Part shown: positions 37,785 through 46,292 of the stretch, piece after piece | How positions within the stretch are numbered: position 1 is the stretch's first letter | Layout: every line of letters starts with the position of its first letter | Source of the DNA: Candidatus Collierbacteria bacterium GW2011_GWA2_42_17 | GTDB lineage: Bacteria > Patescibacteriota > Microgenomatia > UBA1400 > MFAQ01 | NCBI GenBank assembly: GCA_000998275.1 | Contig: LCDA01000004.1 | Location: 4,360 to 68,359 of the forward strand | Length of the DNA stretch: 64,000 nucleotides | Reading direction: 5' to 3' | The notes under the pieces: generated by a model | Databases searched by the model: none | Told to the model about the DNA's origin: nothing | The model's input: the letters and a program-made list of their open reading frames with translations, nothing else | Position numbers and translations under genes: made by a program

Positions 37785-38146
37785 CTTGTCTCTGGAGGGA
37801 GATAAAACACTCTCCCTGGATATTTTTTAATCATCATCACACACCATTCTGATAACCATCGAATGCTCTCCCAAACCTTATGGTGAAGTCCTTCAACCAC
37901 CTCTTCCTGATCGAGTGGTAGAACAATATTTGGCTTGGTGGCACCTGCAAACTGGGCAGACACAACTTTCCCCATGTCGCTGAGTTGATTATCGGTTGTT
38001 TGTTGCTTTTGCTGCGGTTGAGGACTGACCCGTTGCTGTGTCTCTACTTGTTTCTCTACTTTCTCCACGTAACCTACTTGCCCCACTGGAGCAATTTCAA
38101 CTTCGGGTGTTAACGGATATTCTAATTCCTTACCTACGGCAGGCAT
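37781..38146 (-). CDS. Hypothetical protein
   Basis: ORF overlaps the ATPase start; C-terminal LPL..G..SIRWLSEWC motif. Confidence 0.65.
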   Translation of the reverse strand: MPAVGKELEYPLTPEVEIAPVGQVGYVEKVEKQVETQQRVSPQPQQKQQTTDNQLSDMGKVVSAQFAGATKPNIVLPLDQEEVVEGLHHKVWESIRWLSEWCVMMIKKYPGRVFYLPPETR

Positions 38147-38160
38147 ACTTTAACTATACC

Positions 38161-38712
38161 CTAAAAATCTAAACCCCGAACTGCCAAAACCCCCTTATCA
38201 AATGGATGTTTAATTTTTTTCATCTCGGTAACAAGATCCGCTGCCTCCTCTATTTTTTTTGGACACTTATGTCCGGTTAATACCAGGTGTGTTTTACCTC
38301 TCATTCTTATCAACTCCAAAATGTCATCTATCATCAAAAGTCTGTCATTTACTGCCCTGATTATTTCATCGAGCACCAGCAAATCAACAATACCCCCCTG
38401 GTCCTCTTTCCCATCAAGGATCCTCCTTGCTAAAGAAAGTGCCCTCACAGCCGCCATTTTATGCCCATCAGGGGTATCGTGATCCATTGGACCTCCAAAA
38501 AATCCCTTTCCCATCCAGTACATCTTTAAATTATTCTTAAAAACTTTAGCCAAATTCATCTCCGACATTTTCCAACTGGGTTCTTTAAACCATGAAATCC
38601 ATACTACCTTTTTCTCAAGTAACAACATTCGTACAGCCACCCCCAAAGCCGCACTGGTTTTTCCCTTTCCGTATCCTTCAAAAACATAAACCATTCCTTC
38701 TTGCTTATTCAT
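38161..38712 (-). CDS. btuR: Cob(I)alamin adenosyltransferase (BtuR/CobO)
   Basis: GYGKGKTSAALG, LVLDEI, LVLTG, ADLVTEM..KHPFDKG..RGLDF. Confidence 0.9.
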   Translation of the reverse strand: MNKQEGMVYVFEGYGKGKTSAALGVAVRMLLLEKKVVWISWFKEPSWKMSEMNLAKVFKNNLKMYWMGKGFFGGPMDHDTPDGHKMAAVRALSLARRILDGKEDQGGIVDLLVLDEIIRAVNDRLLMIDDILELIRMRGKTHLVLTGHKCPKKIEEAADLVTEMKKIKHPFDKGVLAVRGLDF

Positions 38713-39017
38713 ACACCATTAATATAACTCATCTCATAAATTAATATCATTGATGCAAAAATAGCCTTAAATATATAGAAAACTATACTGTCTAACAACT
38801 GTCTCCTGTCCTTGGCCATATGTGCCACCATCACCGACACCAAAAAGTACAAAAAGGATTGATACTAGGGAAAAATAACCACAAAACAACGTATTAGCAA
38901 TGTCAACAAAAGACTGATAGTAATCACAATTACCTAATATCATTAAATACTATATTTGTGGACTTGTCAAATGTCTTATCAAACTCATCAAACCGCATCA
39001 CAACATTACCAATCATA

Positions 39018-41444
39018 TCAGCATTTGCTGGCACCGCAAGAATAGCATTTTTGGCACCCTTCTTCTAAAACCAAACTTGCCTGTCCACACTCCGGACAAA
39101 GGTCCCCTCTCTTCACTCTCAACGGTAACTCTTGTTGGGTTGCCAAAAGCTCTGGTTCCTCTTCAATCACGTTTTCTGACATGTTTCCATCCAGCCTTAC
39201 ATATTCGCGCAAAACTTTTGCCACCCCATCAGCTAAGCTTCTCACCCGGTTATTTCCAAAACCTACGCTGTCTGCCCCACCAATTCCCGACAGTTGATCA
39301 ACAATAGCTTCAGCCACGGCTTTGGCTGGGTATGTGGAGGGTACACGCAATGACAAAGAGATTAGCCTTCCCATCGCCTCGGCGTCGGCCATCACATGAG
39401 AACCGGCTTTCCCAACATTGATAAACACTTCAAAGGGATTGCCCGATTCATCGGCGTTAATAACCACGAAGGCCGTTCCGACCGGGGTCTGCACTTTATA
39501 CGTATTTCCTTGAAGTTTGCTTGGTCTGATTCTCATCTCAGCAGCTTCTATCACCCCCTCCACTTTCTTTTCTTCTTTCTTTGTTCCTACATTAAGAACC
39601 TGCCACTCCTTACAACCATCACGGTAAATTGTTATTCCCATACATCCCAGTTCATAAGCCGACAAATAAGCTTTGGCAACATCATCAACCACAGCCTCAT
39701 TGGGAAGATTGATTGTTTTACTCACTGCATTATCCAAATTCTTCTGCCAAGCTGCTTGCATTCGTACATGCCACTCCGGCGATATTTCATGAGCAGTCAC
39801 TAAAATTTTTTGCCATTCTTCCGGTACCTCGGCAACTCCATGTACACTGCCAGTCTCAGCCACTCGTGACATCAACTCCTCACTCCAAAACCCTTCCCTT
39901 TTGGCTACTTCGGTAAAGGCTGGATCTGAGAAAAACATCTCGCGGTTAAGCGATTCATCTTTAACCATGTGTTTATAAGCTAGTGCAAATACCGGCTCAC
40001 AACCTCCGCTGGTATTGGCAATAATACCAATTGTTCCCGTTGGTGCGATTGTCGTAATGGCTGCGTTTCTCATCGGTTCCCCATCTTTATAAATACTTTC
40101 CTTAAATAATGGGAATGCCCCACGCACTTTTGCTAATTCTTGGCTTGACTCATGAGCCGCGTCATTGATCGTCTTCATTACTTTCTCCGCCAACTTCAAT
40201 GCCTCCTCCGAGTTATATGGCACACCCAATAGATAAAGCATGTCCGCCCAACCACCAATTCCCAAACCAACTCTTCTGATCGATCTCACCGTATCCCAAA
40301 CCTGTTTCAATGGATATGGATTGATCTCGATGACATCATCTAAAAATCTGACTGCTTCACCTGCTGTTTTTTTCAACTCCTCCCAATCAACTTGTTGTTT
40401 TCCTTTTTCTTCTTTCACAAAATAATTTAAGAAAATACTTCCCAAATTACAGGCGTCGAACGGGTATAGAGGTTGTTCCCCACAAGGGTTGGTACTTTCC
40501 ACTGGCCCAAGACTTGGAACTGGATTTGCCGGTCCAGCATTGACTCTGTCAATAAAAATCATTCCTGGGTCCCCGGATCTCCATGCACAGTCACAGATAA
40601 GATCGAATATCTCTCTTGCATCTTCCTGTCCTATCACCTCTCCCGAATGTGGTTCCACGAGGTCATACTTCTCCCCCTTCGCCAAAGCCTTCATAAACTT
40701 ATCAGTCGCCGCGACGGAGATATTAAAGTTAGCCAGTCCTCCGTCCAGTTTGCAAGTGATAAACTCTCGAACATCCGGGTGATCCACTCGCAAAATTCCC
40801 ATATTAGCACCTCGACGAGTTCCTCCTTGTTTTATCTGCTGGGTAGCCTCATTGAACACTCTCATAAAACTGATCGGTCCGCTGGCTACCCCTCGACTTC
40901 TTTTTACCATCGAACCCCTTTGACGAAGTCGACTAAAAGAGAAACCTGTTCCTCCCCCGGACTGATGAATAATTGCTTGATACTTAATTGCGTCAAAAAT
41001 TCCCTCCAAAGAATCGGGCACAGGGAGAACAAAACAGCCGGAATACTGTAGGCCATTATTTTTCCCGGCGTTCATTAACGTTGGCGAATTCGGTAGAAAC
41101 TTTCTACTACCCATCAATTTGTAAAAGCTTTTGGCAGTTTCAGTAATTTCCTCGATCGAAGCTCCAAATCGTGCCTCAGCACTGGCAATGATAAAGGCTA
41201 CTCTCCACACCAACTCATCCGGAGTCTCAATGATTTCTCCTTCAGAATTCTTATCTAAGTACCTTTCTTTCAAAACTTTAATGCCCTGCTCCGACCAATC
41301 TCCAGGGGCAAGATCCTTGGGCATCGGAGGTCTTTTACCTACTTTTTCATTCACCTCGGCCATCACATCCTCATAAGTCTCGGAAACCATCTCCTTCTCT
41401 TTATTGTTCATAATATTTTGGTAGATTGTGGAAGATACTGACAT
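39018..41444 (-). CDS. nrdJ: Class II (adenosylcobalamin-dependent) ribonucleotide reductase with C-terminal TSCPD domain and zinc ribbon
   Basis: FLPNSPTLMNAG, SGCFVLP, QGGTRRGANM, TNPCGEQPL, TIAPTGT, SKTIN, YRDG and terminal CPECG..EEGC..CYSCGASKC. Confidence 0.93.
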   Translation of the reverse strand: MSVSSTIYQNIMNNKEKEMVSETYEDVMAEVNEKVGKRPPMPKDLAPGDWSEQGIKVLKERYLDKNSEGEIIETPDELVWRVAFIIASAEARFGASIEEITETAKSFYKLMGSRKFLPNSPTLMNAGKNNGLQYSGCFVLPVPDSLEGIFDAIKYQAIIHQSGGGTGFSFSRLRQRGSMVKRSRGVASGPISFMRVFNEATQQIKQGGTRRGANMGILRVDHPDVREFITCKLDGGLANFNISVAATDKFMKALAKGEKYDLVEPHSGEVIGQEDAREIFDLICDCAWRSGDPGMIFIDRVNAGPANPVPSLGPVESTNPCGEQPLYPFDACNLGSIFLNYFVKEEKGKQQVDWEELKKTAGEAVRFLDDVIEINPYPLKQVWDTVRSIRRVGLGIGGWADMLYLLGVPYNSEEALKLAEKVMKTINDAAHESSQELAKVRGAFPLFKESIYKDGEPMRNAAITTIAPTGTIGIIANTSGGCEPVFALAYKHMVKDESLNREMFFSDPAFTEVAKREGFWSEELMSRVAETGSVHGVAEVPEEWQKILVTAHEISPEWHVRMQAAWQKNLDNAVSKTINLPNEAVVDDVAKAYLSAYELGCMGITIYRDGCKEWQVLNVGTKKEEKKVEGVIEAAEMRIRPSKLQGNTYKVQTPVGTAFVVINADESGNPFEVFINVGKAGSHVMADAEAMGRLISLSLRVPSTYPAKAVAEAIVDQLSGIGGADSVGFGNNRVRSLADGVAKVLREYVRLDGNMSENVIEEEPELLATQQELPLRVKRGDLCPECGQASLVLEEGCQKCYSCGASKC

Positions 41445-41449
41445 ATTTG

Positions 41450-41914
41450 TTAATGACTGATTGTTAATCGTTTAGACCCGGCTACAAACTCTTGAAATTC
41501 TTTCGCGTCGACAAAGTCCAGATAGACACTCGCAAATCTCATATAAGCCAAATCATCAAGTTTGAGAAGTCGCGACAATACCATCTTTCCAATGTCACTT
41601 GACTTAATTTCTACCGTTTTTCTGTTCAAAAGTTTTGTTTCAATCTCATCCACCAAGTTTTCAATCTCGTCTTCCTCCACCTTTCTCTTGTAACAAGCTT
41701 TTTTTATCCCCTTCAATAGCTTTTCTCTGTCGTACTGTTCCACCTTGCCGTTTTTTTTGATTACTTTCAAATCAATATTCACCACCCGTTCATGAGTCGT
41801 AAATCTCTTGCCACACTTTTTACACTCTCTCCTACGACGAATTCCATCCTCTCCGGGAAGTCCCCGGCTTTCTAGGACAGATGTTTCTTCGTTTGTACAA
41901 TAAGGGCAGTTCAT
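41450..41914 (-). CDS. nrdR: Transcriptional repressor NrdR
   Basis: MNCPYC..RRRRECKKCGKRFTTHE, ATP-cone domain, AYMRFASVY. Start at the ATG at 41914. Confidence 0.96.
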   Translation of the reverse strand: MNCPYCTNEETSVLESRGLPGEDGIRRRRECKKCGKRFTTHERVVNIDLKVIKKNGKVEQYDREKLLKGIKKACYKRKVEEDEIENLVDEIETKLLNRKTVEIKSSDIGKMVLSRLLKLDDLAYMRFASVYLDFVDAKEFQEFVAGSKRLTISH

Positions 41915-41920
41915 ATTTAA

Positions 41921-41968
41921 ACACAATATTTAGCGTGGAATATCATCATGTAACACTACCGCTAGTAA
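41921..41968. promoter_or_regulatory. Tandem NrdR boxes
   Basis: ACACAATATTTAGCGT (41921-41936) and ACACTACCGCTAGTAA (41953-41968) versus consensus acaCwAtATaTwGtgt; 32-bp start-to-start spacing. Confidence 0.75.
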
Positions 41969-42033
41969 TGCAACTACCACTTAATACATCACAAAATATC
42001 ATTAAGGCCGATCTCCGCAAAATCTTCTTCAAA

Positions 42034-42612
42034 TTATCCCAGTGCCGCCAAATTCATTCCCAAACGAGCCAAAATTGACCCAGCCACGTTCCCAGACCTT
42101 ACCCTTACCCAAGAGTTGATCACTCCACTCGCAAACACTACAAGTAACACACCCAAGGTCTCACCCCCAGTTGTCTGATATACAAACAATAGTATGGGTA
42201 AACGAATTACTGCCGTCATCAAACCCACAATAATCAAGTTGAACACTTTGCCTCTACGAATTTTTTCCAAATACCCGGCTATAAATCCACTAAAGGTCAA
42301 CTCTTCGGTAACCGCCGTCGCAAACACTATTCCCACTAAGTTAAAGTCAATCTGGAAACTTCCCAGGTTTCTAAATTTCAAAATTAGAAAATAAAACACA
42401 CCAACTATCAACCCTAAAATCAATGACTGCCCCCACTTTCTTCCAAACATCACAATTTTTTCTCTCAATGCCAGGTTCCACCAAAACAAAGGTACCAGCC
42501 ACAATACTGGTTTAAACCACAGCTCCTCTACCACCTCGGGCAATCGTATGAAATACCTAAAACTACCCCACACTAAAACTAGATATATATAGTAGTACCA
42601 CAGTCGTTTCAC
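42034..42612 (-). CDS. CPBP/Abi (CAAX protease-like) membrane protein with degenerate motifs
   Basis: TAVTEELTFSG corresponds to EExxxR; the HxxxN motif appears as RLGMN. Likely GTG start at 42612. Confidence 0.65.
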   Translation of the reverse strand: MKRLWYYYIYLVLVWGSFRYFIRLPEVVEELWFKPVLWLVPLFWWNLALREKIVMFGRKWGQSLILGLIVGVFYFLILKFRNLGSFQIDFNLVGIVFATAVTEELTFSGFIAGYLEKIRRGKVFNLIIVGLMTAVIRLPILLFVYQTTGGETLGVLLVVFASGVINSWVRVRSGNVAGSILARLGMNLAALG

Positions 42613-42647
42613 TCTTTCATCGTACCATAGCATATATAATGTTACCT

Positions 42648-45014
42648 ATGGCTCTTACCAGAAAACAGCTCTTACGCACCATCGAAAAAAGCTACCAGAA
42701 ATGTATTAAAACTCGTCGTTCTCGCATTATCTCCATTACCTCAATCTTAGCCGGTTTGTTTTTAATTAGTTTCGTTTTTCTTTTCAAAGACGTTCCTAGT
42801 CCAGCCAAATTAGTCAAAACTCCTGCTCCAATCAGCACCCAGATTCTCGATCGTAACGGTAAAATCCTCTACGAAGTTTACTCAGATTTCAAACGTACTC
42901 CTATCACCTTAGAAAATATTCCTCTCACTGTCCAACAAGCTACCATCGCCATCGAAGATAAAAATTTCTATCAACATCATGGGCTCGACACCGTTGCTAT
43001 TATTCGTGCCACCTTCAATACTCTAACGGGAAAAAGACTCGAAGGAGGTTCTACTATAACTCAACAACTGGTCAAAAATACCCTCCTCTCCGACCCAAGT
43101 CGTACCATCACCCGCAAAATCAAAGAGGCCATTCTCGCCATTGCCACCGAAATTACCTACAACAAAAGCGAAATTCTCGAACTCTATCTCAACCATGCAC
43201 CTTATGGCGGAGCCGTTTATGGCATTGAAACCGCTTCCGAAACTTACTTTGGTAAAGAAGCAAAGAACCTTACTCTCGCCGAGTCAGCTCTTCTTGCTGG
43301 TCTTCCACAATCTCCCACTCGTTACTCCCCTTTCGGTGCCAACCCCGAACTGGCAATTGCCCGTCAACAAGATGTTCTTCGTCGCATGGTTGAAGACAAA
43401 TACATTACCAAAGAACAAGCCGACGCTGCCAAAGCCGAAAAACTCAACTTTCTCAAAAAGAACATCACCATCAACGCTCCCCACTTTTCTCTCATGGTCC
43501 GTGATAGTCTGGTTCAAAAATATGGTGAGGATAAAGTCAACCTTGGAGGACTAAGGGTAACCACCACTCTCGACCTTGATCTCCAACAATATTTCGAGGC
43601 CTCCCTTTCTGCCGAAATGAAAAAAATTGCTAGACTCAAAATTAGTAACGGCGCCGCCGTTGTGACCAAACCCAATACCGGCGAAATCATTGCTCTTATC
43701 GGTTCCAAAGACTACTTCGATGACGAAATCGATGGTCAGGTAAACATCACCAAAGCTCTCCGTCAACCTGGAAGTTCAATAAAACCCATAAACTATGCCA
43801 CCGGCCTTCTCCGGGGTTGGCCAGCCAGCACCACCTATCTCGATATTCCTACCTGTTTTGGCGTCACCGGTCAAAAGCAGTACTGCCCCAAAAACTACGA
43901 TAATTCCTTCCGAGGTCCTGTTTCTATGCGACAATCCCTCGCCAACTCCTACAATATCCCAGCCGTCAAACAACTTGCCCTTAACGGTATCGAACCTTTC
44001 ATCGCCACGGCTTCCGCCATGGGTATCTCCACCTGGACCGATCCTAAAAACTATGGTCTTTCTCTCACTTTGGGTGGCGGAGAGGTCACCATGCTCGATA
44101 TGGCCAAAGCCTTTGGCACTTTTGCCAACTCCGGTGTGACGGTTCCCCTCATCTCGGTTATTAAAGTAGAGGACTATACCGGCAAAGTATTGGAACAAGT
44201 TGACGTCGAAAAAATTTCCAATGCTGTTTCAGTGATGCCCGAAAACTGGACCGACTTTTGGCAAAATCAGTCTCAACCTAAAACTGATCTATTATCTACA
44301 GATCCTCGTGTTACTCTCCCCCAAGAAGTAACTTTCATCATCTCTGACATCCTCGCCGACAACGGTGCTCGTAGTGCTGCCTTCGGTTCTACCAGTCAGT
44401 TAGTTATTCCCGGTCATACCGTTTCCGTTAAAACAGGGACTACCAATGACCTTAAAGATAACTGGACTATTGGTTACACTCCTGACTACTTAGCGGTCAC
44501 CTGGGTCGGCAACAACGATAACTCTTCCATGAGTTATGTTGCTTCTGGTGTCACTGGTGCTTCTCCCATCTGGAACAAAATTATGAGAAGACTCCTCAAA
44601 GACGTTAAGGATAAACCATTAATCAAACCAGAACTGGTCACCAATTTCCAGGTTTGTAATCTCACCGGTCTTCTTGCTCAACAAGAAAATCAATGTGAAT
44701 CACACAACGAATTCTTTATCGACAACATCCTCCCCCTAGGACAGTCTGCTTATCCTACAAAAATGCAGGTCTGGGTTCGCCGTTCGGATAAGCAGCCAAT
44801 TCTTCCTGGAGACGAAACCGTTGACCGTGACCTTGAAGAACACACCGTCGTCTCCGACCCCTTCACTCAAAATTTCTGTCTGGATTGTGCTTATCCTGTA
44901 GATGACAAGGGGAAAATCTCTTGGCCACAGACCATTATTGATTACTCAAAGTTTCAATACAAAAACATTACCCCTGCCAATTTTCTAAATATTGTTCCCA
45001 CCAATGCTCCGTAA
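42648..45014 (+). CDS. Class A penicillin-binding protein (transglycosylase/transpeptidase)
   Basis: EDKNFYQHHG, GGSTITQQLVKN, RKIKE; SxxK (GSSIK), SYN and KTGT. Confidence 0.95.
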   Translation: MALTRKQLLRTIEKSYQKCIKTRRSRIISITSILAGLFLISFVFLFKDVPSPAKLVKTPAPISTQILDRNGKILYEVYSDFKRTPITLENIPLTVQQATIAIEDKNFYQHHGLDTVAIIRATFNTLTGKRLEGGSTITQQLVKNTLLSDPSRTITRKIKEAILAIATEITYNKSEILELYLNHAPYGGAVYGIETASETYFGKEAKNLTLAESALLAGLPQSPTRYSPFGANPELAIARQQDVLRRMVEDKYITKEQADAAKAEKLNFLKKNITINAPHFSLMVRDSLVQKYGEDKVNLGGLRVTTTLDLDLQQYFEASLSAEMKKIARLKISNGAAVVTKPNTGEIIALIGSKDYFDDEIDGQVNITKALRQPGSSIKPINYATGLLRGWPASTTYLDIPTCFGVTGQKQYCPKNYDNSFRGPVSMRQSLANSYNIPAVKQLALNGIEPFIATASAMGISTWTDPKNYGLSLTLGGGEVTMLDMAKAFGTFANSGVTVPLISVIKVEDYTGKVLEQVDVEKISNAVSVMPENWTDFWQNQSQPKTDLLSTDPRVTLPQEVTFIISDILADNGARSAAFGSTSQLVIPGHTVSVKTGTTNDLKDNWTIGYTPDYLAVTWVGNNDNSSMSYVASGVTGASPIWNKIMRRLLKDVKDKPLIKPELVTNFQVCNLTGLLAQQENQCESHNEFFIDNILPLGQSAYPTKMQVWVRRSDKQPILPGDETVDRDLEEHTVVSDPFTQNFCLDCAYPVDDKGKISWPQTIIDYSKFQYKNITPANFLNIVPTNAP

Positions 45015-46221
45015 AATAAAAATCTTTTTCCTTTTACTCGGGTTGGCCTTATCCTCAATCACCGCCTACGCCATCTGGCGAAGCACTCTCCCTCTTGTTA
45101 GTCCAATTGCTCTCATCGATAGCCTCATTGGAAACTCTCCCGCCATAAGATCCAACAAAGTTATCTATGGATTTTTTCCTTACTGGAATTTAAAGTATGC
45201 CGAGCAACTAAAAATCAACTCTCTCACTCACTTTGCCTATTTTGCCATTGACCTCAAAGAGGATGGCTCTACTAATAAAAAGGTTAATCTCGTTGAGTCT
45301 GAACCTGGCTGGAACAAGCTTAAATCCAAGGATACTAATAAACTTCTCTACCAATCAAAACTTCTTGGTCAAAAAACCGTTATTGTCATTACCGCCATGC
45401 AACCGGAAACTATTGAGTCTATTCTTAACTCTCCGGAAAACAAAAGGGCAGCTATTACTTCCATCATGAACATTTACAAGGACTTCGGTTTTGATGACAT
45501 CAACATTGACTTTGAATATGTCAACGTCGGCAATAAAGTTTTAAGAGATAATTTTGTTGACTTCATTACCAACCTTCGCTTTGTCTGTGTTTCATATAAA
45601 AGTCATTGTCAAATTGATATCGATATCTTTGCCAGTGCCGCCGAAAAGCCCCGTCTTTGGGACCTCAAACAACTCGAACCTGTAACCGACAAATTTATTG
45701 TCATGGCCTATGACTATTATCGAAAATCGTCGACTCAGGCTGGGCCAATCGCCCCAATAAGAGGCAAATGCACCGGTACTTTTTCCGATGAGAAAGACTG
45801 TCTTGAAGAAGATATTCTTTCTCATATTTCTCAAATAAGTAAACTTATTCCCTCAAATAAAATTATCCTCGGAGTACCCTTCTATGGCTATGAATGGCAG
45901 ACTGCTTCTACCGATTTTCTGGCCAACACCTACCCTGGCACAGGTGCTCTTGCTACCTATCAACGCATTCAATCTCTCTTTCAAGACGTCAAAATTTCTT
46001 CCATCTCAGCTCAATGGTCAAATCTAACTCTCAGCCCCTACCTTTCCTATGAAGAAGATGAAAAAATATATCAAATTCATTTTGAAAATGCCCAATCTTT
46101 GGAACAAAAAATCAAATTTGTCGAGTCTGCCAATCTCGGTGGTATTGCCATCTGGGCACTCGGTTACGAAGGTCCTTCACAAGATTTATGGGAACCCATA
46201 AACTCTCTTTTCCTCCCCTAG
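45004..46221 (+). CDS. Membrane-anchored GH18 glycoside hydrolase
   Basis: N-terminal TM segment; DDINIDFE (DxxDxDxE-like), MAYDY, LGVPFYGY, GGIAIWALG. Confidence 0.9.
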   Translation: MLRKIKIFFLLLGLALSSITAYAIWRSTLPLVSPIALIDSLIGNSPAIRSNKVIYGFFPYWNLKYAEQLKINSLTHFAYFAIDLKEDGSTNKKVNLVESEPGWNKLKSKDTNKLLYQSKLLGQKTVIVITAMQPETIESILNSPENKRAAITSIMNIYKDFGFDDINIDFEYVNVGNKVLRDNFVDFITNLRFVCVSYKSHCQIDIDIFASAAEKPRLWDLKQLEPVTDKFIVMAYDYYRKSSTQAGPIAPIRGKCTGTFSDEKDCLEEDILSHISQISKLIPSNKIILGVPFYGYEWQTASTDFLANTYPGTGALATYQRIQSLFQDVKISSISAQWSNLTLSPYLSYEEDEKIYQIHFENAQSLEQKIKFVESANLGGIAIWALGYEGPSQDLWEPINSLFLP

Positions 46222-46292
46222 TCTTTTCCCTTTTTTCGTTCTAAAATATACTTAGTTTGTAAGACCCGCCCTTTGAACAATCCGCCTTTCAC

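Noticed and set aside
38713-39017. Cobalamin riboswitch or small gene in the 305-bp gap upstream of btuR
   Set aside because: No B12-box motifs (GGGAA, GCCACUG, AGYCAG) on the minus strand. A 58-codon minus-strand ORF and a hydrophobic frame broken by a stop have no recognisable motif. ATACTATATTTGTG near 38947 is one base short of an NrdR box.
39018-41444. Intein or intron in nrdJ
   Set aside because: Length and motif order are continuous for NrdJ with a TSCPD domain; no intein splice motifs were seen.
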